A stretch of DNA of 64,000 bases from Glycera tridactyla. Taxonomy: Eukaryota. Below are positions 48,661 to 62,120 of this stretch, piece by piece. Position numbers and translations under genes: made by a program. The notes beneath the pieces are model-generated. The model searched no databases. It was not told the DNA's origin and was given only the letters and a program-made list of their open reading frames with translations. How positions within the stretch are numbered: position 1 is the stretch's first letter; each line of letters opens with the position of its first letter. The stretch spans positions 81,654,001-81,718,000 of the forward strand of contig OZ286473.1 of NCBI GenBank assembly GCA_965644265.1, in the 5' to 3' direction.

Positions 48661-49693
48661 CCGTTCGAACCAGTCATCCCGACATGATTCATGAGCATCT
48701 AATGTGATTTTTCATTCACGGATTGGACCACATGACAAAAAATCATTACATGACATGGAACGGAAACAGCGTGCATGGAATCAGCAATGGGCAATTCAGA
48801 ATAGAGTCGGACCTGTTCTAAGCATGAGAATTAATCAGCATGGATCGTTCTCAAGCAAGAATACTGTATTCATCCAGCCGAACGTTGCTCACCTCAATCC
48901 AACTGTATTGAGTATCCACCTATTTTATGCATCTTCCCATAACCGCATGCTTTAGGAATGCTTTGACTATAGTACAACTAAGATTCGTGATGAATTCCAA
49001 TGCGGCCGCTATTATCTATTGCTGTGAATGATACTATCACTGCCCGGCTTAACATTGTTCTTGTTGTTGTTGCTGTCGTCGTTGCTATTATTCATTGAGC
49101 CACGTAGAGGCTTGGTCTGTATACCGAACTTCTGTAAAATCTGTATTCGAGACATCCTTCTTGGCCAAATTAAAATGATGACAGTCCACGTTCATTTTCT
49201 GTTTTTGTGAGGACAAGCGGTAATTATTGAACGGGTTTATACTGGGAATGTCTTTGAGTCGTTGCTAAGGATGGCCTTTGAGGGCAAAATCCATGTCTAC
49301 CGAGGTGGTGCCCCGGATGTACAGTCGGAGATTTTCACAAAGACAACACTCAATCGCATCCAAAAGGCATATGGCATCAGTATATTAGTCTCTTAAGCAG
49401 GTTCGACTGTTCGTCGAGAGATCGATTCTTCAAGACGAAGTCCCTAATTCCCGGAAAAGCAAATAGTTCAAGGAAAGTTTTCGAATCTGGATGTCATCAC
49501 TGGATCCTTTTGTGTCCCCTTAGTCCGTCAGAGGGTAGACAGAAGGTATTCATGGATTAAGCTTATAAAAAAGTTGACGCAGATTACATGCCGTGAAGTG
49601 AGATGATATCCAGCAAATATATTTGAAAATGACACTTAGCCCTAAATGTTTGCCACTAAATGGAGGCTCCAATCAGTTCACCCGAAAACCTTA

Positions 49694-49698
<5 letters not shown>

Positions 49699-49770
<72 letters not shown>
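49699..49770. repeat. (GA)n microsatellite
   Basis: Directly visible. Confidence 0.99.
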
Positions 49771-49772
<2 letters not shown>

Positions 49773-49979
49773 TAGCCGTCAGTCAGTGCTAGACGGGCAC
49801 TTCCGGTGAGCATGAAACCGACATGTCTGACACGGTTAATCACTCAAGATAACTCGCGCGCAGGTCTGTGTGACTGTGCACTGCGCAGCTCCACCACACG
49901 CCACATTTCAGAGCTTTCCTAGACCTTATTTACACCTAACCCCGTGTATAACGCCATCTCATACAAGCGAACGAGGTGC

Positions 49980-50237
49980 AAGTAGTTGTTGTGGTAGTAG
50001 CAACCATGGTAATAGTAGTAGTTGAAGTAGTAGTAGTGGTGGTTGTAGTGGTAGTAGCANNNNNNNNNNNNNNNNNNNNNNNNNNNNNNNNNNNNNNNNN
50101 NNNNNNNNNNNNNNNNNNNNNNNNNNNNNNNNNNNNNNNNNNNNNNNNNNNNNNNNNNNNNNNNNNNNNNNNNNNNNNNNNNNNNNNNNNNNNNNNNNNN
50201 NNNNNGAAAGTAGTATTAGCAGTAGCAGCAGTAGTAA
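49980..50237. repeat. (GTA/GTG)n low-complexity tract interrupted by a gap
   Basis: Directly visible. Confidence 0.9.
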
Positions 50238-50525
50238 NNNNNNNNNNNNNNNNNNNNNNNNNNNNNNNNNNNNNNNNNNNNNNNNNNNNNNNNNNNNNNN
50301 NNNNNNNNNNNNNNNNNNNNNNNNNNNNNNNNNNNNNNNNNNNNNNNNNNNNNNNNNNNNNNNNNNNNNNNNNNNNNNNNNNNNNNNNNNNNNNNNNNNN
50401 NNNNNNNNNNNNNNNNNNNNNNNNNNNNNNNNNNNNNNNNNNNNNNNNNNNNNNNNNNNNNNNNNNNNNNNNNNNNNNNNNNNNNNNNNNNNNNNNNNNN
50501 NNNNNNNNNNNNNNNNNNNNNNNNN
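50060..50525. other. Two assembly gaps (50060-50205 and 50238-50525)
   Basis: Runs of N. Confidence 1.
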
Positions 50526-52699
50526 ATAATCTCTGACCTGAGTGACCTATTTCCCGAGAGCAGGTCAACTCCCACGGTCTCACGATCGGTGAAAGACGTC
50601 TGCAGATGTGTCTTTTATGTGTCTCACTTGGTTCTGTCATCAAGCGGGGAAATAGTTAGAAGGATATCAGAAACAAGAGAGCGAGAATGACGAGTTGACA
50701 CGAAGCCCGCTCACAACGGTTGCCCGGAGCTGAGCACGGCTGAAATAGTCTAGGTAGTCACATTGCGTGGATAATGAACAGGTTCGTCCAGCTCACGACT
50801 GGCTATGGTGAGAGCCCCCTCTGGTGTTAGCGAGGAGAGACGCGGTGACGGCCGCCGCTGCGTGCTACTGCTGGATATCACCGCTAGCTGTCACTTGGTA
50901 GCGGGCGCCGCAGCAGCTGCCGGGCCATATTTGCACGGTCTGAAATATTGACGCGAATGCAGGCGAAACCACCTGATGCCGCTGTGATCTTGAGCTTTCT
51001 TCCGGCGTCGGTCTATTTGATGATGGATCGCCAAGTGGTGGCTTCTTTATTCAACAGCTGCTACGATGGCAAGAAGCACTAAACTGCGTCTCAATCAAAA
51101 TTCAACCACAATCTCTTGAAATCCCATGACGGAAACTACAATTACCCAGTAACAAATATTGAACGCGGGTCAAGGTGCATATCACATTCAGCTTGAACAT
51201 CTCTCAGGGTCAAGACGCAGGATTCATCAGTTTTTCTAAATTTCTCGACCAATGTCCAGAAAGACCACTCTTACGTGGATTTCAACTCTTTATTCCCAGA
51301 TTATGTCGACTATGAGACCCATATTTGAAATGACGCTATTGGGGTCTGCGAGGTGATTCCTTCATGGAATCAGCGGTATACTCTCGAGGAGGTCTATTTC
51401 ATTCACACTGCTCGGGCATCACAGTATGGCAATATGGCCTTGGTGTACGTTTGAACCACAACCAACCATCCAACCAATTACCTGACCATCCAATTTTACA
51501 TATGGTATAACCGGGATAAGGTCTCAAGAACATGATTATAGATTTGAAACCATTCGCGTCTTGGATATTTGACTGGATGGTTGATAGCCTATTTGAAAAT
51601 CAGGCACGTACAGGCCACATTGACGGGCGGTCAGTCCGGGGGCTTGACGAGGGCTAGAATATTTCTCCTGGTCACATGCTCGCCACCCAGGTGGCCGATG
51701 ATTGGTTTATTCACACTTGGGTCACATTTGCATACAGAAGAGCTTCTGCCAGCCTCCATCCAGCCATACATCCGATTGAGCTCACATGACCCTGTGACCG
51801 ACTCATTCACTCTCACCTCAAACTTGAATGAAACAACCACTTTCCAGAACTCACGATTCTGTCACATTTTGAAATCAGCATTCCCGATTTCCATAGAATC
51901 GTGAGAAGTGTGCATGAATGTTTCAAAGAGCATTTTGCTTATAGCTGAGATATTGGGTGAAGTTCAGACATTGACTTCTCCTGGAAACCCTAGTGAAGAA
52001 ATGGGAATGGAAGAATATCCAATAGTTGCCTTTCTGTAGGGCTATATATTTAGGCCCATGCAATGGGCATGGGAGGGGATCACTCGTCACTCTTTCTTGA
52101 TCTCTTGTTTAGTGGGTAAGTTGGATTGGACACATCTATCAATCCGAATGATTTGTATGCTATGTGTTCCTGCGCCATGATCTGCATACGCTGTCGCATG
52201 CAGCTATCACTCACACAAGCCATAAACACTAGATGAGGAGGGAGTAGGAAGATTGTCACAGATAAGTGGATGACAGTTTAGACATGCCTCTACCTACATC
52301 CAAATCGATGACAAACCTTCAGATGAAATCTCAAACAATGAATCTGTATTCACAGATAAGGCTGAAACCCTAAACCATGAATGCAATGCGTTTATTCATA
52401 TTACAGTACTTTGAACGAGGGAATGCATTCGGGGTGAAATGGTAGGATTGGAGGAGGAATAGACTAGTGTCTAGGAGAATACTGAGGCAATAAAGACACT
52501 CTTGATGTGGTTGACGGTAAATTGGCCTGAGGTGAACCCGAAGCAATGCGACTTTGGCACTGAGCAATATGTCGATATGGAAAGATGTCCTGGCATGACC
52601 TACCTACCAGCATCTATGTAGCTGCTCATTTGCTCTATCATTTGACACATGTGTAGCTAGTCTACCTAGTGAAAAAAACACTCGCCCACATGAGCGCTT

Positions 52700-55600
52700 T
52701 GGAGTGTACAGACCGAGCAAGTGCCTGTCCACATCAGTGCATTCTTGTGTGGAGGCTGAGTAGGTGCCCATCTACACAGGTGTATTCAGGTAGGCAGGCT
52801 GAGTAGGTGCCCATCTACACAGGTGTATTCAAGTTGGTAGGCAGAGTAGGTGCCCATCCACACAGGTGTATTCAGGTGGGCAGGCTGAGTAGGTGCCCAT
52901 CTACACAGGTGCATTCAAGTGGGCAGGCAGAGTAGGTGCCCATCTACACAGGTGTATTCAAGTGGGCAGGCAGAGTAGGTGCCCATCTACACAGGTGTAT
53001 TCAAGTGGGCAGGCTGAGTAGGTGCCCATCCACACGTGTATTCAAGTGGGCAGGCTGAGTAGGTGCCCATTCACACGTGTATTCAAGTGGGCAGGCTGAG
53101 TAGGTGCCCATCTACACAGGGTGCATTCAAGTGGGCAGACTGAGTAGGTGCTCATCTACACAGGTGCATTCAAGCAGGCAGGCTAAGTAGGTGCCCATCT
53201 ACACAGGTGTATTCAGGTGGGCAGGCTGAGTAGGTGCCCATCTACACAGGTGCATTCAAGTGGGCAGGCTGAGTAGGTGCCCATCTACACAGGTGCATTC
53301 AAGTGGGCAGGCTGAGTGGGTGCCCATCTATACAGGTGTATTCAGGTGGGCAGGCTGAGTAGGTGCCCATCTACACAGGTGTATACAAGTGGGCAGGCTG
53401 AGTAGGTGCCCATCTAGACAGGTGTATTCAGGTGGGCAGGCTGAGTAGGTGCCCATCTACACAGGTGCATTCAAGTGGGCAGGCTGAGTAGGTGCCCATC
53501 TACACAGGTGTATTCAAGTGGGCAGGCTGAGTAGGTGCCAATCTACACAGGTGTATTCAGGTGGGCAGGCTGAGTAGGAGCCCATCTACACAGGTGCATT
53601 CAAGTGGGCAGGCTGAGTAGGTGCCCATCACACAGGTGTATTCAAGTGGGCAGGCTGAGTAGGTGCCCATCCACACTAGTGCATCCAAGTGGGCAGGCTG
53701 AGTAGGTGCCCATCTAGACAGGTGTATTCAGGTGGGCAGGCTGAATAGGTGCCCATCTACACAGGTGTATTCAAGTGGGCAGGCAGAGTAGGTGCCCATC
53801 TACACAGGTGTATTCAAGTGGGCAGGCAGAGTAGGTGCCCATCTACACAGGTGTATTCAAGTGGGCAGGCTGAGTAGGTGCCCATCCACACGTGTATTCA
53901 AGTGGGCAGGCTGAGTAGGTGCCCATCCACACATGTATTCAAGTGGGCAGGCTGAGTAGGTGCCCATCTACACAGGGTGCATTCAAGTGGGCAGACTGAG
54001 TAGGTGCTCATCTACACAGGTGCATTCAAGCAGGCAGGCTAAGTAGGTGCCCATCTAGACAGGTGTATTCAGGTGGGCAGGCTGAGTAGGTGCCCATCTA
54101 CACAGGTGTATTCAGGTGGGCAGGCTGAGTAGGTGCCCATCTACACAGGTCTATTCAAGTGGGCAGGCTGAGTAGGTGCCCATCTACACAGGTGTATTCA
54201 AGTGGGCAGGCTGAGTAGGTGCCCATCTACACAGGTGTATTCAAGTGGGCAGGCTGAGTAGGTGCCCATCCACACTAGTGCATCCAAGTGGGCAGGCTGA
54301 GTAGGTGCCCATCTAGACAGGTGTATTCAGGTGGGCAGGCTGAGTAGGTGCCCATCTACACAGGTGGATTCAGGTGGGCAGACTGAGTAGGTGCCCATCT
54401 ACACAGGTGTATTCAAGTTGGTAGGCTGAGTAGGTGCTCATCTACACAGGTGTATTCAGGTGGGCAGGCTGAGTAGGTGCCCATCTACACAGGTGCATTC
54501 AAGTGGGCAGGCTGAGTAGGTGCCCATCTATACAGGTGTATTCAGGTGGGCAGGCTGAGTAGGTGCCAATCTACACAGGTGTATACAAGTGGGCAGGCTG
54601 AGTAGGTGCCAATCTACACAGGTGTATTCAGGTGGGCAGGCTGAGTAGGTGCCCATCTACACAGGTGCATTCAAGTGGGCAGGCTGAGTAGGTGCCCATC
54701 TACACAGGTGTATTCAAGTGGGCAGGCTGAGTAGGTGCCCATCTACACAGGTGTATTCAAGTGGGCAGGCTGAGTAGGTGCCCATCCACACTAGTGCATC
54801 TAAGTGGGCAGGCTGAGTAGGTGCCCATCTAGACAGGTGTATTCAGGTGGGCAGGCTGAGTAGGTGCCCATCTACACAGGTGTATTCAAGTGGGCAGGCA
54901 GAGTAGGTGCCCATCTACACAGGTGTATTCAAGTGGGCAGGCAGAGTAGGTGCCCATCTACACAGGTGTATTCAAGTGGGCAGGCTGAGTAGGTGCCCAT
55001 CCACACAGGTGTATTCAAGTGGGCAGGCTGAGTAGGTGCCCATCCACACAGGTGTATTCAAGTGGGCAGGCTGAGTAGGTGCCCATCTACACAGATGCAT
55101 TCAAGTGGGCAGACTGAGTAGGTGCTCATCTACACAGGTGCATTCAAGCGGGCAGGCTGAGTAGGTGCCCATCTACACAGGTGCATTAAAGTGGGTAGGC
55201 TGAGTAGGTGCCCATCCACACTAGTGCATTCAAGTGGGCAGGCTGAGTAGGTTCCCATCTACACAAGCGGTTAAACTATGCAGGCCAAGACACAGGTGCG
55301 TTCAAGTGGTCAGGTCACATAGTCACCTATCCACACAAGTGTATCAAAGTGGGCAGGCCAAACCAGTACCCATATACACAGCTGCATGGAAAGGCAGAGC
55401 AGATGCCTGTCTACACAGGGTCATCCAAGTGTGCAGGCCAAGCAGGTACCCATCCGAGTAGGTGCATTCAAGGGGGCAGGCCACGTAGTTACCTATCTAC
55501 ACTGGAGGGCAGGCTGAACCAGTACCCATCTACACAGGTGCATTCAAGTGGGCAAGCAGAGCAGGTATGTCCACATAGGCTTATTGGGGTGTGCAGTCCA

Positions 55601-55710
55601 GTCAGGTACGCCTGCGCATTTGAGTGGGCAGTTTGAGCTGGTACCATTCCATAGAGGTGCATTCAAGTGGGAAGATCGAGCAGTCACCCGACTACACAGG
55701 TCTGATTGAG
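52700..55710. repeat. 43-bp minisatellite: ~58 well-conserved units (52753-55260) with degenerate flanks
   Basis: Unit gtgggcaggctgagtaggtgcccatctacacaggtgtattcaa repeated head-to-tail with no spacers. Confidence 0.98.
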
Positions 55711-55754
55711 TGGGCATTCGATTGATAGCGGTGTCATGAGTGGTTCACTTGTGT

Positions 55755-56105
55755 TGCGCAAGATGGCGATAGTGGTGTAATGAGTAGTTCTGGTAGTTGG
55801 CACAATATGACCATAGTGATATGTTTGGCACGATGTGGCGATATGAAGAATATTTCAGGTAAATGGTTCAAGACCGGTTACAGTCGTGTGATAAGTAGTT
55901 CAAATGTTCGATACAAGATGGCGGTAGCGGCGTAAGTCGTAGATCAGGTGAACGGCTCAAGATGGCGACAGTGATGTGATGAGTAGTTCAAGTCTTTAGT
56001 ACAAGATGGCCATAGCGGCGTAATTGGTAGTTCAGGTGAACGACTCAAGATGGGGACAGTGGCGTAAAGAATAGTTCAGGTATTTGGCACAAGATGGCGA
56101 TGGTG
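55755..56105. repeat. Degenerate ~44-bp tandem repeat carrying CAAGATGGCG
   Basis: caagatgg at about 55759, 55914, 55958, 56002, 56046 and 56090. Confidence 0.8.
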
Positions 56106-56980
56106 GTAAAATAGGTGATAAAAACGGTCTAGCAGTGCTATTAGCCGTAGTAATTATTTTCTGTATTTGATCAACAGTATACAGGCAAACAAGGCTTGCC
56201 TCTGGGTCAATGTGCAATTAGAAGTCGAGTGGGATTTATCGATTGTGCACAGTGGTGCTTTAATCATGCCATTTGCCACTCGACAACGAGGTTAATGTAA
56301 TATGGAATTCAGCTCTGCGAAAAGGGGTGATGTACAATTATGTACGTGTGAGTTATTATCTATGTAACACAAACGCATGTCTGAGTAAATTAGGGAGATA
56401 TTAACGTCTTTCCCTACACATATCACTACCCTGAATAATTTCTTAAGTCATGCATATATTCTATCCATCATGATAATAAATAATCAATATCTCTAGGCTA
56501 GAATGTTCATACATTTTGTTCTCAGTGGAATAAATGCCAATTTTGAACATATGAATAATTATGATACAATGATAGATATATTGTATCAACTCATCATATG
56601 AAAGACTATCACTTTCATGCTTGGAATGTTTATACACATCTACGCAAAATTTGACCCTCATTTCGATGGGCTATGCATGAAGATAAATTTATTGTGGGCA
56701 ATCGTATCGAGTCAGAAATTGGAAGTATAACTTATACTTTATGTTCACATATTTCGGAAATCAGAAGTCCGTATTCTCCAAAGCTAATGCATGTACATGT
56801 CTCAAATACGTATGCTTTGTTCAACATGGGGACACTGCTATCAGGTTTGAGTGTCAGCTTACAGCCTGGTACACATTTGAATAGGTCATCAATTGCTTCA
56901 TCCTGATATATGTTCAGACACACCTCTACATGCATATGATAATACAAATGAACACAATGATGACATGATTGGGTGACAAT

Positions 56981-57045
56981 TCATATCATATCACATCATA
57001 TCCTATCATATCCTATCATATCATATCATATCATATCATATCATA
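56981..57045. repeat. (ATATC)n pentanucleotide microsatellite
   Basis: Directly visible. Confidence 0.93.
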
Positions 57046-59489
57046 GCATGTAATATCATCCTTGAATGAGGATCAGTGGTTCAAAAAGGTCCACTGCCAA
57101 AACATAGGATGCGCTTCATTTGAGGTTCGATGACGTGTATCAGTGGAGAGGATTGTGTGTGTGATATGTTCCTGGTCCCCTGTATGCATCACTCTCACAA
57201 ACCGTGAACACAATATGATAGGGAATTTGAAAAGCTGTCAACTGTAATAGCAGACAGTTCAGACACGCCTTTACCTATCTATCATGGATACAGTGAAGAT
57301 GAAACTCATACCTGGTAGCGATACTTCCCTCTAAACAGACATTGTGTTCGGAGAATAATTGACTGAAGTGTTCATTCATAGAATGTAAATCTAAATCCAA
57401 GTCTGCCCGCTCTGTTCTTCCAGTGAAATGCCCTCAAACTTGCTGATAAATCAAATACTGGTGTATCTGATGCCACAGTAATGCATGGTGACTGTGCTGA
57501 AACGGAAAATACCACAGAGAATTTCTCAGAATGGTCAAGGTGAAGCTTGAAGAGATGGCTCTTTGTATGAAGCAAACATTAGGATATTCACAGGGAGGTA
57601 CCATCAAAGAACAGCGCCGATCGGCTCTGTCAGATTACTAGCTCTAATCACATCTCAAAAAACCTATTAGGGTCGTGACAATCGCAAAATTCGAAGATGA
57701 AAGATTTTGTTTGGATCCGATAAAAGAAGGGTCTTCTTAAGAGTGGAGAGAGCAGAGAAAGAGCAAGCCGGAAGGGCCTGCAGGCAAGTCAGGCTAATAG
57801 TTGATTTTCGATGGCTACTAGTCCATATAATGATGCAAGCCAATGGGGAATGCTGTTCTGAAAATAGCCACCAACCTTTGATCACACAGAAAGTGATGCC
57901 TCTTAACCTTCCAACCCCAACTTATAATAAAAACAAAGCCTGAAATAATACAATTTGTGTAAAAAATTGTGATTTTTCTCTCACGAATTTTGTACATTGA
58001 TGGCCAGTGTTTGTAATGGAGTAGTTCGGGTTGATTACTGAAGGAGAGATGTTAGTATTTGGTTGAATTTCCGGATGGATACAAATGGATGTGGGGATGA
58101 AAGAGTGGGTCTGAGAGGGAGGACGGGCTAGCTGAGTGGCGTTGGACTCGTGGCCTGCGGGCAAGCTGTCTCCGCCATAAACTGACCGGCTTCTGCATGC
58201 TAGGCAATTACAGCAGTCATTAGAGGGCGCATTTACTCAAATAGAATTTAAATGCCTTCGATTGTACGCCCAATAAAAGGACGCATGTTATAGGAGGCAA
58301 GTTTGTGAGACAGGGCTGTGTACTGGGAATGACCTCTCTGATAACATTGATGGTAATTAATCATTCCAGCTCACGTTATGCGATGAAACTTTACATTTCT
58401 ATGATGAATATAACCATGGTTACAACTCGGAATCACCCCAAACCATTCGCGAATCCACTATGATTATAAAGAGAGTGTATATACACTAACATTGCAAGGA
58501 TATCAGTATTCACAATTAAATTAAATGTCGAATTAAATGCGTATAAAGCTTGATAAAAATCTCGGATTCACAACCCCGATGTGGAGAGATCCTCTATAAT
58601 TCCAGTAAGATATCTTTGGATTTTTTTGTCAGAATTCAAAATTCTCACTTTCGCGATTCAGAGAAACTTACTACAAGGCGAATATAATTGCTTTGATTCC
58701 GGATCAGAATCTATTCCAAAATCCCATTATCACAAAAGACAATATGACTGTGTGACGATGCTATATCCTAAGCAGGAATTCAGAATTCACACTCCCATGA
58801 TTGAAAGAATCTATATAAGTACATATAAATGTGATGATTCTGATCCAAATCCACACTACAATGACCCAAAAATTATTTGAATAGGAAATGTTTTTGATTC
58901 GGGATCCACGCACCCACGATACAAGAATGTGACGATTTCAACCACTGTTGCCAGCGACCATAGTGCTACCAGGCTAACACATCTCACTTCACACTTAAAT
59001 ACTCTCAGTGGAGCCTGAGTTTTCAACCATCGACTGAGATACGTTGCTATCCCTAATTTGTAAAATACAAGCAGTATTCAACAGCGCATAGAATTGCATG
59101 GAAATGTCGGCCAATCATAAACATGTCAACCATGCACCATCATGTAATGATCTGTTGTCTTGCCATGCATTCGCATGATAAAGAATATATTATATCAAAA
59201 TATCGGTCAACTTCATCGGAGACGAGATCCAGAGAGACTGAGAGGATGATTTCTGTTTACTATAAAAAGCAACATCTCATGAAGACTATCGCGTCCCTAT
59301 TGTTAAATGGCGACAGTTGTGAAACGGACTGTGGATGTGATTAGTGCGCGTGCGCTATGGTATCAAATAACATGCGCGCGCATGCCACTCCGAGGTTGGA
59401 TCTAATCTTAGTAGCCACCCGGAAATATGAGCCTCCTTCTCGTTCTCACTGGCCCATTTATTCTCCACTGATCCCACAGCGGACAAAAC

Positions 59490-60024
59490 AAGCCCTGCTC
59501 TGTGGAAGGAGACACATTACTACTGGTTATTGTATACATACGCGCACTACCAGTAGTATCAAACGCTGAGAGTTCTAGCTTCAATTACTCGCATATAAGC
59601 CCTGCTCTGTGGAATGAGAAACATCACTACTGGTTATTATATACATACGCGCACTACCAGTAATATCAAACGCTGAGTGTTCTAGCTTCAATTACTCGCA
59701 CATAAGCCCTGCTCTGTGGAATGAGACACATTACTACTGGTTATTATATACATACGCACACTACCAGTAATATCAAACGCTGAGAGTTCTAGCTTCTATT
59801 ACTCGCATATAAGCCATCCTATGTGGAAGGAGACACATCACTACTGGTTATTGTATACATACGCGCACTACCAGTAGCATCAAACGCCGAGAGTTCTAGC
59901 TTCAATCACTCGCATATAAGCCCTGGTCTGTGGAATGAGACACATTACTACCGGTTATTGTGAACATACGCGCAATACCAGTAGCATCAAACGCTGAGAG
60001 TTCTAGCTTCAATTACTCGCATAT
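59490..60024. repeat. Five-copy 107-bp tandem array, each unit with an internal stem-loop
   Basis: Units start at 59490, 59597, 59704, 59811 and 59918; ACTACTGGT-N21-ACCAGTAGT in unit 1, with variants in the others. Confidence 0.97.
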
Positions 60025-60333
60025 GTAATAATGCGTTATTTTCTGGCCCTGGACGTTCTAGACACTCAATGTCCTCAACACAGTTTTGGGCACTGGACGT
60101 TTGGTTCTCGCACCATACTCACTCGACATATCAGTGACGTTCACAATCACCTTTTCCCCAACCTTAGAATTGCCTTAGGTCATCATTTATTTCATATGAA
60201 TGTGGTAGCTCCATTATGATAATATGCTATTTCCTGGCTCTGGACGTTCAAGACGCCCGTGATTATGCACCTGCAGAAACGTCCAGTGCCAATAATGTCG
60301 ACCAGGACGTGGGCGTCGTGAGCGTCCAGAGCC
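60025..60333. repeat. Cluster of direct and inverted CTGGACGT-based repeats
   Basis: 14-bp perfect IR 60089-60102 / 60277-60290; 21-of-23 IR 60236-60258 / 60311-60333; direct repeat near 60037 and 60228. Confidence 0.85.
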
Positions 60334-61287
60334 CGGATGTAGCACAATTATATAGCTCTTACTCGAGGTGAGCCCAGAAACATATGCCCATACATGATAT
60401 ATCTGTGGCACAAAAGCAAGAATACATTTGGGTTGGCTTGTTCCTGACCTGGTAGTCAGGACAGTTGGCTAACGTGGCCACAAGGAGGAGATTGAAAAAG
60501 CCTTGTTGGTCGATCATCGATACAGAAACAAGAGGACCAGTGTTTCACATTGCTTTAAATACCCCATCACTCAATTTCAATGATGAATAGAATTATACTG
60601 ATTCATCAGATCGGATATAAATGTCGCAAAAACAATCTAGATCATGAAAGAGTTGGTGAGAGCGCACAGATATTGCAAGTTTGTCTATGGATAAATGTCA
60701 TGACCATGTAATAACAATTCTCTAGAAAGGGCAGCAATAGCAATCTAGGTCTTAGCAAGGTCTGAATACATATAAAAAACTGGGCTGAAAAGTGATCCAG
60801 TACGTTCGCTAGGGCGTTCATACATCAACCAAGGGTCAATCATTGTCTATGCATGCCATTACTGACTTCATATTATCTAAATCTTTAGCAACACTCCATC
60901 TTAAGGACTCACATATGATTGACTGGAACTGATACAAACGTCCTGGGTTATAATATGGACCGATAACGTTCACAAACCTATTGGTGGCCGTAGGGGGTTA
61001 CATTTGTGTGCTTGGAACGTCTTGCCAGCCGTCAGAGGACACGCTTTTGACCAGTTTCATAGCTCCTCAGTACGGCCACACATGTATCAGCGGCATCGTG
61101 TACATGCACGTATATGGCAAGCCATTTGTGCCATAATTGTCACATCAATAATACAACACCAGCGTCCACCTCCCCAAATGGCAAGTCCACCAAGATGGCG
61201 ACCAGAGACAACTTCTGATACCATATTCTCTTTCCATAGGCATGAAGTTGATGAAAATATGGTATATCATATGAAATACAAACACAC

Positions 61288-61451
61288 NNNNNNNNNNNNN
61301 NNNNNNNNNNNNNNNNNNNNNNNNNNNNNNNNNNNNNNNNNNNNNNNNNNNNNNNNNNNNNNNNNNNNNNNNNNNNNNNNNNNNNNNNNNNNNNNNNNNN
61401 NNNNNNNNNNNNNNNNNNNNNNNNNNNNNNNNNNNNNNNNNNNNNNNNNNN
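61288..61451. other. Assembly gap (N)
   Basis: Run of N. Confidence 1.
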
Positions 61452-61473
61452 AGACATCCTACCCCCACACGCA

Positions 61474-61475
<2 letters not shown>

Positions 61476-61547
<72 letters not shown>
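61476..61547. repeat. (AC)n microsatellite
   Basis: Directly visible. Confidence 0.98.
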
Positions 61548-61548
<1 letters not shown>

Positions 61549-61859
61549 GCATACACCCATACATTACGCACATGTGTTTAATGACATCATCCACAGGGAT
61601 GACGTAATCTATTTGGTAACATGAAATGTGTCCTCTCAATACCGCAAAAAGGGGTTGATTGATTGATTGAGTGATACTGGACGTTTCTTGGCCCAAGCTG
61701 TATAAGATGAGATGATTCTGGGTGGTCTATCATTAAATGTCTATTTCACGGGGTCTCAATATAGCCTATAGGCTGCAGATGAGACGGGAAACAACCGTCT
61801 AATGAATTAATCTCTTTGGTCTAGGCGCTGGAGCTGTATGGGATAGGTTAAAAATGTGA

Positions 61860-62120
61860 AACATTGTGTACGCGCTAACGCGAAAGGTACTAGCCGTCGG
61901 TTGCTATGGTGACGAGGGAACTGAGCTGCTATTCACCACAAAAGAAATGGGCACGCTCGCTCGAGCCTCGCCATCGACGACGCCGCCACAAACTAAATAA
62001 GGCGACAGTCGTGTCAGCAAGAAAACACCTGCATTTCTCAAGACGAACATACATCCCTGACCGCTGTGATCCCGCTCAGTATTTCTGCTGAGAGCTCGAT
62101 CTTCACTCCAATTCACAGGT
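61860..62120. promoter_or_regulatory. CpG-rich segment with RFX X-box-like site
   Basis: GTTGCTATGGTGAC at 61900-61913 (reverse GTCACCATAGCAAC) inside a CpG-dense stretch. Confidence 0.3.

Noticed and set aside
49028-49210. Signal-peptide-like plus-strand ORF MILSLPGLTLFLLLLLSSLLL
   Set aside because: The Leu run comes from a (TTG)n-like tract, and no downstream exons support it.
52700-55710. CRISPR-like array
   Set aside because: Units are contiguous with no unique spacers, there are no cas genes, and the context is eukaryotic; it is a minisatellite.
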